Below are positions 48,601 to 61,500 of a stretch of 64,000 nucleotides of DNA, in pieces (within the stretch, counting starts at the first letter, position 1; each line of letters starts with the position of its first letter). The position numbers and the translations under genes were made by a program. The notes under the pieces are model-generated. The model saw nothing but the letters and a program-made list of their open reading frames with translations, did no database searches and had not been told where the DNA came from. The stretch is taken from NCBI GenBank assembly GCA_002269645.1, contig NIVC01001049.1, positions 309,836 through 373,835 on the forward strand, in the 5' to 3' direction. The stretch comes from Macrostomum lignano (Eukaryota).

Positions 48601-49495
48601 TTTCCGCATGTGTGGCAGTGACCAGTTTCACGAGGCTTTGTCGGTCCTTTGCGGTTGTCCAAACTGTGCTGCTGCTTGTGGGCAGGCGTCTTCTCTGGTC
48701 TGACCCATCCGGAATGACTCTTCTTCTGCACCGCCGTGATTGTATCCGGCTTGCTTGTTGCCATCCTAATCGACTCAGACAGCAAACCTTCTTTTATCGC
48801 GTCTTCCAAAATGACATCCGCTCTTGAAAGAAGCTTTTGCTTTAGCACTTGATTCCGCAAGCCAAATATGTACTGCGACAGAATTAGTTCGTCTCGGAGA
48901 TCACCGAATCTGCATTTGTTGGCTTGGCGCTTTAGACATTCGATGTAAGTAGCAATCGATTCACCCTCCTTTTGCACCATGGAGTGAAGCACGTGTCTCT
49001 CATAGTGAAGCAATGTTTTGAGCTTAAAATGTGCGGTTAGCGAACTCTGGATATCATCGAACGTTACTTCGTCCTTCGTGATGTCTTTTGGCTTTGCAAG
49101 CTCTTCTATCAGCGTGAAGGCTGCGTCTCCGCATGTCGCTAGAAGTACTGCTTTGGAGTGAGCTTGCTTCCCTGAAGCCACCAAGTAAAACTGCAGTCTT
49201 TCGAAATACTTCTCAATCTCAGGATAAGAAAGAGGCAATCTCCAAGTCGAAAATCCAGCGGCTGAGTCATCAGTCCTGCGAACGTAAGGTAGTCAGTACA
49301 CAGCTTCTTCAGTGAATCCAGTGACTTTTCCTCATCGCCATGTTACGGTTGAAGAACACGAAGGCTTTTGGGTTTATGAATTGAAGGAGGGCGTTATTTG
49401 AGCAGCTCCAAATTGGCATGAGCACAAAGCTCGCTCTTATATTTCTTTACCCTTAAGGGCATTGAAGTTTCTAGCAAACAAGGTGTACGGTAACA
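45650..49495 (-). mobile_element. Near full-length Mag-like Gypsy element lacking its 3' LTR (5' LTR 49341-49495)
   Basis: Gag has two CCHC knuckles; LVDTGS, SYQDD, RNase H (EREAL) and integrase are present. There are several frameshifts and a stop at 46014. PBS is TGGCGATGAGGA. Confidence 0.93.
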
Positions 49496-49537
49496 TTTTG
49501 CCCCGATGGCACATAGACTACTTTTAGAAGAAAATAA

Positions 49538-50479
49538 TGTTACATCCGACTTCCGTTACCAACTCGAAGTCCAGGTGAATTATGGTTAGTAATCTCAAGC
49601 TTGGTAGCGGGCTCTTGCCATGCCGATGTTAACATTCATTTCCTTTATATTTGCTCTCCTTATATTAGCTTTAGAACGCAGGGTTAACAGGGGCAGTGTC
49701 TATGGCCAATGTGTGTGAAATGAAATATACTTTATATGCGCACATACCACATAACTCGAAGTCCAGTGAAACATCGTCCTCCTGCAGCAGCCTTTGCTGT
49801 GTCAGCTTGCTTCGTAGTCCACAAACCAGTCTGTCTCTGATCGCCTCCGACAAAAAGCCTCCAAACGAACAGGTCGCCGCCAACTTCCGTAGCTGCGCGA
49901 CGTACTCTGCAATGGATTCGCCTTCCTGCTGGCTTCGGTGATGAAAGTTGTATCTCTCGATGATTCTTTTCGGCGTTGGGGTGAAATGCGTTCGTAACTT
50001 TTCAATTAAATCATCGTAGGATTTGTCCTTCGGGGAGTCTGGAGACAGTAAGTCTCTGAGCAACGTATAGCAGTCTTCACCAATTACTGTGATGAGCTCG
50101 GCTCGCTTAATCTCCTCTTTGGTGATGGATTTAGCGATGAAGTATTGTTCCAGACGCTCCTCGTATACAGTCCACCTTTCAGGTCGTGCCGGATCAAATG
50201 TGCTGATTTTCGAAGCAGTATTTGGCGCGGTCATTTTGTCTTCTTCTGAAGAATCCTCGTCGCCAATGTTACATCCGACTTCCGTTACCAACTCGAAGTC
50301 CAGGTGAATTATGGTTAGTAATCTCAAGCTTGGTAGCGGGCTCTTGCCATGCCGATGTTAACATTCATTTCCTTTATATTTGCTCTCCTTATATTAGCTT
50401 TAGAACGCAGGGTTAACAGGGGCAGTGTCTATGGCCAATGTGTGTGAAATGAAATATACTTAAATGCGCATATACCACA
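49538..50479 (-). mobile_element. 942-bp miniature LTR element (TRIM-like) with two LTRs and a partial gag
   Basis: LTRs 49538-49751 and 50267-50479 are almost identical. The 5-bp TSD is AATAA (49533-49537, 50480-50484) and the PBS is TGGCGACGAGGAT. Confidence 0.95.
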
Positions 50480-50484
50480 AATAA

Positions 50485-53400
50485 ATCTATGAATAATGCA
50501 GCATAGCATGCAGAATATGCAACACCAGTTGTCGGCGGTCAGTGGCAATGTTGGCCGTACGTAAATGCGGTTTCTCCGTAGTATTCTGCCGCTCGCCAAC
50601 TTTACCAGGTAGTCGCGGTCTTTTCCGACCTCTACCACTACTCCTCTCCGTTGCCACAGTTTCGTTGTTGGCTATTGAAGAACTAAAGTCGACCCTATTC
50701 GGATTCCATCGAGGCTTCTCTTGGACTTGTTGTACTGTTGCTCCACAGCCTCGTGAACTTCTGATGCTGTGTCCTCCGTTTGTTTAATCGTGTTGTACCA
50801 TTCGGGATTAAAGCTTCTTCGATGAGCAGGAAGTGAATCTCTTGCTGGCTGTCCATACAGCATAATAGAAGGAATGCGTCCATCATACATAGGTGTGTTT
50901 CTATAGATAAGTATTTCTTCCGCCATTTTGTCCTTGTTTATGTCATTGTTGCGATAATCCCACGATCCTCTGATGATCTTTTTGGCTGACTTGACTGCCG
51001 CTTCGGCTCTCCCGTTGCTTTGGTGGGGGTATGGGGATGAGAATCTGGACTCGACTCCCCATCTCTTCAAAAAGTTACCAAATGCGCTGGCCTTGAACTG
51101 AGGACCTGAGTCTGACCAGAACAATTCCGGTACAGCTGTCTGACAAAATAGCTCACGGCACGCGTTAATCAGCTTGTAAATCGGAGCATTTTGTCCGAAG
51201 TTCCATACGTTGATCCATCCAGAGTATCCGTCCACTATCACTAGTAATTGCCTGCCGCGGTGTTCACAAAAGTCGGCATGAACTTCCTGGAAGCACCTTG
51301 CTGGTGAAGTTCTCGGCAACATCAGTTCTCTAACCTGATTTGGACGGGTTTCTTGGCATGCTTTGCATTGCTTTATTGTGTCATCGATCTGACGTTCCAT
51401 GCTGGGCCAATAGACGACCATTCTTGCTCTTGCTTTGGTCTTAGTAGCACCTTGGTGACTTGAATGTAGTGTTCTCAAAACTTCTTTTCGCATTTCTTTA
51501 GGGATGATACACCGGCATCCATTGAGAACGACTCCGTTTTCGACGACAAGCTTATGTCGAATGTGCCAGTACGGTCTTAGATTAACTGGAAGATTAGCTT
51601 TATCGTTCGGGAATCCATTCTCTATTACTTGGATGAGCTCTTGCATTTCGGTGTCTTTCTTTACGTGTTCTTGTATTCTCTTCATGTTAAAGTCCATTTC
51701 CGTATCTTCTATTACCATGGTCAACAAATTCACACTACTTAGAGCTTGATTTTCATCAATCTGATCTTCTTCAGTTGCATTTGCAATCCGAGCTCTTGAT
51801 AGTGCATCGGCATCTACATTGTCTTTACCTCGTACCCATTTTGCTTCATAGTTGTAGCGATTAAGCTTGGCACGAAGGCGCTGCAACCTCGGGTTTTCGA
51901 TTTGGTCTAGTTGTAGCCGTTTAATATCGGAATAAGTGGCTTGTGGTCAGTCACGATTTAAAATGAATCGAGTTCTTCTAAAAACGAGCGACATTTTTGC
52001 GAAGCCCACACAATTGCTAGCAACTCGAGCTCGATCGTAGCATTTCGCGTCTCCGCGTCAGCCAGAAACCGTGAGCCCGCCTGAATCATTCGCCAGGCGC
52101 CGTCAGGTTGTTGCTGCTTGAGAACAAATCCGAGTCCCTTCAACCTTGATGCGTCGGTGTGCAGTGCGATTGGCTTCGTGTGATCGTAGTATGCCAATGA
52201 TGGGACTTTAGACAGATGGATTTGTGCCTTATCGAAGGCTTTTTGGTGCTCCTCGTTCCAGATGAATGAATTCTTCGCGCTCAGTAGAGGTTTTAATATC
52301 GAGGTACATTCTGCGATCGAATCTGTGAATGGTCCTATTTGATTCACTTGGCCCATAAATGCGCGTAATTCTGTAATATTTGATGGCTCAGGGAATTGAG
52401 CAATGGCTGCTGTCATGTCAGGGTCTACCTGATAGCACTTTAGTGTAAGGATAAATCCAGCAAACTTTACATTTTTCTTGGCGAAGACAATTTTTTTTAT
52501 TCAATGATATTCCACTCTCGTCACACCGATAAAGAAATTCGCGAACAGCTTGTATGTGGCTTTCGTAGTCGGCGCTTGCGATTACGCAGTCATCCACAAT
52601 GTGGCGAGTATCTTTCAAGCCCTGTAGAACACTATCCAGTCTCTTTTTGTAATATTCTGAGATAGAGCTGATCCCGAAAGGTGCCATTCTGAACATGTAT
52701 CTTCCATAAGGAGTAATAAATGTTGTCAGTGGCATACTGTCCTCGTGGAGTGATACTTGATGGTATCCTTTCAATGCATCAACAACTGTAAACCATTCTG
52801 CGTTGGATACATTGGTGCTGGCCACAACTTCCAGTGGTGTTGGTGATTGGTATCGAGGTCTCAGAACGTATTTGTTTATCTCTCTAAAATCCACGCAAAG
52901 ACGAATTAGGTCAGTGCCCTTCTTCGGGGCTACGACTATTGGAGCGCACCAGGGTGTCGGCTCTGTTATTTTGCAGATAATTTGCTGTCTTTCCAAGGCA
53001 TCGAGTTCGTTTTTAAGTTTTTCATGCAGTGGCAGTGGTAGCCGGCGTGGCGTCTCCATGGAAAATGGGATCGCGTCCTCTTTGAGCACAATTGAAAATT
53101 TTTCGCCCTTCATCGGCCGAATTACTCCGTCGAAGACCCTCGGGAATTCTTGGATCAAATCCAGTTCTGTATGCTTTCTTCCGTCATTCGTCAAAACCTG
53201 AGTTATCTGGTTTATCTGACTTGGAAACTCTTCAGGGATGATTCCCAGTTTTCTACAGCTCTGCCAGGACAGCACTGGCGCGACCAAGTTCTTCAGCACA
53301 TGAATCCTTGTCGCTGCGTGCTTCCCGTTCAGCATTATTGTGGCGGAGAAATTGCCGTTACTCTTAATGAACTGTCCACTGGCTGATTTAGGAAATATGG

Positions 53401-54680
53401 CGTCATGCCTTAGTTGTGCAATACGGATGCGGAGCTTTTTGAAATCGCATTCTCGGATTGCATCGATATTGGATCCCGTATCGGGCATCATTTCCAGCTG
53501 CTCCCCATTTATTGAGACTACTACTGTTGGGGTTGCGGGTTCAAAGTTGACATTCTCGGTGGTTGCCTTTTATCCGGATGACCAGTGCTGCGACTGGACC
53601 GGCACATGGAACCAAAATGTCCAATGCGACCGCAGTTAAAGCACTTCTTGTCCTTGGCGAGACATTCTGAGCGCTGATATCGCCCTTTACCACAGGCAGT
53701 GCATTTCTTTGCTTCTGGAGTCTTTGATCGAGCCCCACCTGGAATTTTTCCTCGATGTTTGCGCACTATGGACACCTGTGAAGCTGTGCAGATTTCATTT
53801 TTTGGATCTCTCAGGCTTCCTCTGATCTGCATATTGTCAGCGCGTCAGCGAGAGAGAGATCTGGCTGTGCTAATAGACGCTTGATTGTCTCCAAATTTCG
53901 TACTCCTAGCACAAGTTTATCCCTCAGTAGGTCGTCGGAATGCTTACAGAACTTACATGTTCGCATCAGGTCCCTCAATTGCATGACATAGTCGTTAAAA
54001 TTTTCTCCGTCATTTTGTTGCCGTTTCCAGAACCTGTTCCTCTCTACGATGATATTAACCTGTCGGAGTACGTGATCTCTGATGGAATTCATGACGACCT
54101 CAGGGTACTTGAATTGTTGATCCGTCAGAGGTAGATTATTATCCTTCGAGAAGGTAGCAGATGTAAATGCGTTCAACATGCAAGCTCGTCGAGCTGCCAT
54201 TTTCTTCTTAGTTACGTGGATGCTGTCTGATTCCTCGTGCTGGATGTTAACTGCATCGAAGTATGCCTCAAGAGTCGCTCTTCAAGCGTCGAAATCATCG
54301 ATCGTATCCACTGATAGGTCTAGTCGAGGGATGTGCAAACCGGCAGAGATAGTTTCAGCTCAGCTTGTCCAGTTGGTGAGATATTTTGCTGCTGATGCTG
54401 CTGCTGATGATGCTGCTGATGCTGCTGATGATCGTTCCGACTTTTCTGGCTTCTGCCTTGAAGGCGATGCGACGTAGAGCGCTGCTGCTTTGGGGGCATT
54501 TTGTGGTTTTTTTGCGAGAAGCTTTAGCACACGGTTTCAGTGCCTGCTTGCGATGCCATGTTATATGCTTTGGTATAATGTAACTTGGGCTGCTCTGGTG
54601 GCGAGCCAAGGAGCTTAAAACAATATATTTAATCGCCCTGCCTCTTAGCACGTAGGCGGTGGAGGTCAGGGCCATAGACA
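50485..54680 (-). mobile_element. Gypsy element (LTR ~54559-54680, gag, PR, RT, RNase H, IN); 3' end interrupted by younger insertions
   Basis: CFNCGRIGHFGSMC, PDTGS, IVDD, HTDAS and IN QSNGRAE motifs; frameshifted. PBS is TGGCATCGCAAGCAGG. Confidence 0.92.
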
Positions 54681-54689
54681 TGGATGTAC

Positions 54690-56500
54690 TAATAAGAGTC
54701 CATCCACATCAAGGTCCTAACGCATTATGACCCCAGCAAGCCACTCGTAGTACAGACCGACGCATCATGCTATGGAGTAGGTGCTGTTCTGTCACACACG
54801 CTTAAAGACTCGGAAGAGAAGCCTATATGCTATGCATCTCGAAGTTTGTCCAAAGCGGACCGGAACTACTCTCAGATTGAGAAGGAAGGTTTAGCCATCG
54901 TGTTCGCGGTAAAGAAATTTCATCAATATCTCTATGGGCGCCCGTTTATCCTGGTAACTGATCATGAGCCTCTGGTCACGATTTTTGGGCCTAAGAACAA
55001 CATACCAGCATTGCCGCCAGCCGTTTACAAAGATGGGCAGTAATTCTTTCAGCCTACAGCTTTGAAATTCGGTACCGACGAACGGAAGACCACAGGAATG
55101 CGGATGCCTTATCCAGACTGCCCACTTCCGAATTTCAAGGAGCAGATGATGCCGTGTTCCAGAATAGGATAGACGCGCAACCGATCGACTCCAATGACTT
55201 AAAAAGAGCCACTTCGAATGACCCCTTGCTGTCGCGAGTTCTTCACTACTGCAGAGCTGGTTGGCCAGAATAAATGGAGGCAGAGTTAAGGCCATTTCAT
55301 AGCCGGCGGCATGAACTGAGCGTGGAAGATGGAGTTCTATTCTGGGGAATTCGGAGAATAATTGCATCAGTATTAAGAAGTCAGCTTCTGCAGCTGCTGC
55401 ATGAAGAACACCCCGGAATTATGGCACGAAAAGTCGCTGGCAAGAATGCACATATGGTAACCCAGGCATTGATAATGATACAGAAAATTGCTTGGCTAGA
55501 TGCACAGGATGTCAATCGCAACGAAACCTGCCTGCACAAGCACCGCTACAGCCTCTCAATTGGCCAGAGAAGCCATGGACTCGACTGCACTTGGACTTTT
55601 TCGGCCCATGCTACGGATATACTTGGGTGTTGCTCGTGGACGCCACAACAAAATGGGTGGAAATCTTCCCAATGAGATCGGCGACCACTTATAACACCAT
55701 CAATAGACTCCAAGAGACGTTCGCTCGCTACAGATATCCGAAGCAGATCCTTACAGACAACGGATCCCAATTTACTGCAAAGGAGTTCAAGGACTACTTA
55801 AGGAGTCGCGGAATTGTACAAGTTCTAACATCAATTGGGCATCCACGCTCAAATGGGCAAGCCGAACGGATGGTGCAAACAGCAAAGCGAGCCTTGAGGG
55901 CTGAGATGAAGAGCAGCCATGATGCTATAGAAAGCATTAATGCCTTCTTGGCACGATACCGCATGACGCCCCATTCTACTACCGGGAAGTCAACTGCTGA
56001 AATGATACTCAAATACTCAATACGAACCAAACTCAGCATACTTAATCCAGACACGGATCAGCGAGTCGCCGAGAAGCAGCATCAACAGAAAATGCAGCAT
56101 GATGCAAGAGCCAGTCCGAAGATCAGAGAGTTCAAGCAAGGCGACAACGTGCTAACGTTGGACTTTAGAAGACAAGCGGAGGACAAATGGGCTGTGGGAA
56201 CAATCCTTCGACGCCGAGCCCCGCTATCATATCTAGTGAAGGTGGGCCCCATCATCTGGAAGCGACATGTGGACCACATACTCCTGCTAGTGCTGCAGAG
56301 CAACCCCAGATGATTACGGACGAGGTACTGGAACATTTAATCGGCCAGCCTCAACCCGGAGAAAAGGCAACACAGTTGGAAAAATGTCAACCTGTTCCAC
56401 AACCGGATCAAGCTACCAAGATCGTCAAGCCGTTAGTGCGTCGACGTCGCTATCAGCATGAGGACGTGCCACTAACCGTGATCTGAATACTATTTTATTA
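54690..56500 (+). mobile_element. Gypsy RNase H-integrase fragment
   Basis: TDAS, SQIEKEGLAIV, RLHLDF, TDNGSQF and SNGQAER; frameshifted. Confidence 0.88.
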
Positions 56501-56614
56501 AGATGCGATCTTGAAAGAAAAACGTACAGGGAGTTAACAATTTTTTTCACGAACTTCAGAAGAGGTACAATTGAACAAGAGATGCTCGTACAGGTGCGTT
56601 TAGCACTGGTTAAA

Positions 56615-58530
56615 CCGGAAGGAGCCAAACGAGACAAATCAGTTGCGAAAAGCTGGCAGCGGCCGAGAAAGCGGATCCCAGCGGATCAAGCGAAGCGTTT
56701 GTTTATTAGTTTTAACGAGTTAATATTTATTGGTTCGTAAAAAGCAGAATAAAAAAATTGAGAAATTGCGGCGGAGCCAAGCCCGGCCGGGTGTAGAGGC
56801 TTTAAGCTGGCCGGCGCGGCCAACACCCCCACACCTCGACCCCCGCCAAAGTACAGCGATATGTACAGCGGCACCCTCCGGCGCGTTTAACACACCTTAC
56901 GCAGAGAGTAACGATTGCATTAAACACGCCGGAAGGAGCCAAACGAGACAAATCAGTTGCGAAAAGCAGGCAGCGGCCGAGAAAGCGGATCCCAACCCAA
57001 TGATGGGAAAGGGAAGGAGTAAAAGCGGGAAGGCAGTCAGGTGGACGCAGCCTGCAGCTGCGAAGCCATGAAAGAAGCAGAGCGCTGGCGGCGCGACAGG
57101 GTAGAGCTGGCAGAAAAGTAGCGAAGAACAGCGTCCAATCTCCAGCCCCCAAGAGCCCGAACGTCCGAATCTGACAAGCCGATTTGATGGCAGAAGCTGG
57201 CACCCCACGCCGGATGCTGTGGCCGGAGAAACCAGCAGCTGGAAGGCCGCACGCAGCCAGACACGCACGAAGACAGCTGATGAACTGGCTGGCTGAGAGC
57301 TCGCCTCCGAGGCCGTAGCCAAAGAGTGGCGCCCTTGGGTCGCTGGCTGGTGACAGGTGCAGCTGAGACCGCAGAGCGCGCACAGGGCAGAGTGGTGACT
57401 CTTGAACAGGTGGCAGAAGAACGACATGCGGCGTCGACCCGAACTGGTTGGTCTTGGACTTAGGGAGGGCCAACTTCCAGCAGCCAGATGAAGCCGACAG
57501 ACAGGCCCGCGAGACAGATCGGCTGCCGCGGGTCGATAGGAAGTCGCCAAGGCGCAACATGCCCCACCAGCCCACCAAAAGAGCCGCCCAGAAGGCGGCC
57601 CTGAGATCTGCGCTTGAGATGGAGCGCGGGAGCTGTTGATGGATGCTCTTGAGGTGCTCGATGGTCAGCGGCTTCGCCTGTTTGCATCGCAGGCCCAGAT
57701 GACGTTTGGCGCCGCGGAGGGCCAGCTGCACGGCGAAGTCTTTCGCTGGGTCGGGGGCGCCGGTGGCTTGGTGCAGAAAAGAGACAGCATGGACGTAGGA
57801 TCTGAGGCTGGAGAAGGACCGGAGCCGAGTGCTCACCGGGTGCGCGATGTAGCGGCAGAGCAGGTCACCGTCAGCTGGAGATGAAGGGCGGTTTGCGCTA
57901 ACACAGAAGGCTTCCCAGGAGCGCAGCTGGCTGAGGTAGGATCGCCAGGAGTTCTCCGCCAGGCCGAGGCGGCACAGGTGTCCGTCGGACACAGCGCGGG
58001 GGCGGGCGGCTTCTCCGAAGGGCGAGGGCGACCTGCAAAAGGAGACGAGATTGGGAAGCGGCAGAGAGCGCGTGCGACGTGAACTCAAGCGGGCAGATCA
58101 CGAGCGTACGGTAGTTGCGGCAACAAAAGTTAATGAGCTCAGACTGCGAGGCAAACATGCGGGAGGCGGCATCAGAAAAATCTGCATGCGACCAGGAAGG
58201 CGAAAGGCCTCCAAACTGATGCTGTTCCTGATGCACAGCAGAGCCACAGTCTGGTACACCTGCAGGAACGCGGGTCACGACAGCTCAGCCGATTGATCAT
58301 GCCAGCCGATGCGGTGCTGTCGGCGTAGATGACTTTTTGCAGTTCTTTAGCTGAGAGCGACGGTGCAGGATGATCCGAAAAGGTGCCAGAGCCTCCTTGA
58401 AGTTGATATGAACATTCGTGAATCTCCCAGTCGATGACACTCCAGAAACTCTCGGCACCCCAGATGATTGCGGCTGCGCCTGACCGGCTGCTGTCAGTCT
58501 CCATGGCAAACTCCTCATCAAGCGCGGCCA
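56615..58530 (-). mobile_element. Ngaro/DIRS-type tyrosine-recombinase retrotransposon, 3' part (RNase H, YR, split direct repeats)
   Basis: YR motifs LRLGD, SKTNQ, HSIRRG, GGW and VLRYF, with a 1-nt frameshift in a G-run near 57207 (corrected end 57037). RNase H METDSS is present. A 66-bp direct repeat occurs at 56615-56680 and 56929-56994. Confidence 0.9.
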
Positions 58531-58535
58531 CAAAG

Positions 58536-61500
58536 TGTTAAGTTTTGGCCGAAGAATGATAACAAATTCAAAGACAACTTTTATGAGCAGCCCTTGGCTT
58601 GCTACTTTCTATAACGTTCGCTCTATCGATCCTACGCACGAGCATAGCTTATGCTTCTCGATGTCGTGGTCTATCAAACGGAACGAGTTTGTAACCATAG
58701 ACATACAGCCACAAAGTAAATTCAGTTATAGCTAAGAGCTCGATAGCTCAAACTCCTCCACGGTAGATAGAGTTTACGTAGGTACACCTAGAAATCGGTA
58801 TTGCAGTCTGTCAGGTGTTCGTCTAGCTCGCTGACTCCGTCGAACCCTTGGTGCTTCAATGTCTTGGGGCTCGGGTCTTCGTCAATCGGAGCTGAAACAT
58901 CTGCTGCCGGTGTTGGGTCCTCCGTCACCCTTGGCTTCACCTGCTTCAGGTGGCGTCGGCATTGTCGTCCATCGCTAAACTCCACGTCGACAACCACGTT
59001 GCCTTTGCGGGAAATGATCTCTCCCTCTCTCCATTTTGCTGTCTCGTTGTTCGCACGGGCTCCCGAGAGTAATAAATGACCGCGCATTTCAGGAGATTTT
59101 CCGTAGTTGCGTGCTTCGCGTTTCTGTACTGCAAGAGATATGGTCAATGCACGTTTGAAGATCAGTCTCACTAGAAGCTCTTACATGGTTTTTCAAATCG
59201 CGCACAAATATCTCAGCCAGTCCATTTGATCTCGGGTGGTATGGAGGGGCGAGCACGTGGTGGCACTGAATTCCTTTCAGCCAGCCCTCCATCTCCGCAG
59301 AAATGAACTGAGGTCCATTGTCCGACACGATAGTCGCTGGTACTCCCTCCTGGGCGAATGTCCGCCGTAGTCGCTTGATTGTTTCTGTGCTCGAAGTACT
59401 CCTGGTGACATGAACCTCGGCCCACTTGCTGTAGGCGTCTATTATCACTAGAAGGTAGTTGCCTCCGGGTAGAGGTCCGGCGTAGTCAACATGGACTCGT
59501 GCCCACCTTTCAGTCTCGTCTGGCCAAGAAGTCCAGTGTCGAGTAATGCCGTGGTATTTGTTTTGTTGGCACGAAGAGCATCGCTTATAGAACTCGACGA
59601 TGTCGCGATCAATTTTCAGCCACCAGACACACTGCCTGGCTATCGACTTCATCTTGTCAGGCCCGATGTGACCGTATGAAGCAGCCGTAGAACCGCTTGT
59701 CGCTCTTGACTCGGTACCAACAGGCGAATTCCTCGGTAGAGTAGTCGATCTTCAATCACCAGCTCGTTCCGATACGAGTGGTACTGCTGAAGTTCTTCCG
59801 ATACAGGTGTTTTCCAACCGTGCTTTACTAAACCGAAAAGCTTTCTTGTTTCCCTATCACCCTTGGATTGCCACCTTAGTCGGTTCTTGTTGATCGGTAT
59901 TGCTACGATGCATTCTTGTACGGAGCTGACGTCGAATTGCTCTTGCTCTGCGGTGCTAGTCTTGAGACGAGATAGAGCATCCGCCACTAGTATCTCCTCA
60001 GATCGTTTGCACTCTATAGAGTAGTCGTATCCCATCAGTGCTACCGCCCACCGTTGCACTCGAGCTGCTGCGACGGTAGAAAGTGCTCACTTCGGATCAA
60101 ATATGAACTTTAACGGGTGGTGATCGGTGCGCAGTATGAACTTGCGGCCAAAGAGATACTTGTGTAACCGCTTAACTGACTATACTATGGCGAGTGCTTC
60201 CCTCTCAATCTGTGCGTAGTTTCGCTGCTGATGTCAGTGTTTTAGAAATGAACATCACTGGTCCTGCTTCTTGTTCCAATACGGCTCCAAATCCTGAAGG
60301 TGACGCATCAGTCGTGAGCCAGATGTTTCCCGTCGGGTCAAACGGCTTCAGGTGCACTGCGTTAAGGAGTCGCTCTTTGATATTGTTGAATGCTTCTTTC
60401 TCCCCTTTCCCCCAGGACCATTTGACGCCGGTTCTCGTCAGGTTGGTCAAGGGTTCCTTCAAGCTCGCTAGGTTAGGGATGCATCGAGCGTAGAACTCCA
60501 CCATTCCGATGAAGGACATCAGTTGTTTTGCATCCGTCGGTTCGCCCAAGCCAGCAATCGCCTCGACTTTCTTCTTTGGAGGTCTGATTCCGTTGTCGCT
60601 GATCTCAAAACCAAGGAAGACTATTGACTGCTGATTGAAAACGCGCTTGTCCGTATTGATGTTTAAACCGTTCTGTTTAATAACTTGAAGAACTTTTGAC
60701 AGTCTTTCATCATGGTCAGCCTGATTGGCGCCCCACACTAGGATGTCATCCTGGTACGAGATAACTCCGTCAAGGTTAAGCAGAAGCTTGTCCATGAAAG
60801 TTTGGAAGATGGCAGGAGCCTGTTTCACACCGTATGCCAGAGCAGTCGGCCTGTACAAGCCAAATGGGGTGCTCCAGGTCTGCATCACGCTGCTCCACTG
60901 GAACCTGCAGATAGGCATTGGTGAGATCTAGGGTGGAAAACCGTTTAGCCTTGCCCAGCCGGGACAGTACCTCGTCAATCGAAGGCGTTGAAGAAATCAT
61001 GTCCTTGAGTCTGGGGTTCAAGGTCACTTTGTAGTCTCCGCAGATCCTGATTTTCCCGGATTGCTTGCGCACGCAGACTATGGGAGTCGCCCAGTCGCTT
61101 GATTCCACTTTCTTCAACTGGCCCTCTCGCTCCATGCGGTGCAGCTCCACCTTGACGTCGTCTGCTAAGCCAAAAGGGATCTGTCTGGGCTTCACGAAAA
61201 TCGGTTGCGTTCCGCTTTCGATCTCTAGAGACGCACACGGTTTCTTGCCATTGGCACTGTTATCATTTATGCTGCTTACTGGACCGTTAACTCGGCAGAG
61301 ACAATTGTAGAGTTCGGGTTCTACGCTCGTAGTACGGACAACCAGTCGAGAACGTAGATTGATTCGGAATTTGGCCGGTCCGCCACGAAAAGCGGTAGCC
61401 TTGCATGTTGCCCGTTGTGTTCGACGCTTACTTCTGCCTCCCCCGTAGGCTTACTTGGTCTCCTTGGTAGGCGGCGAATCGTCGTAGCGTTGGCTTCAGC

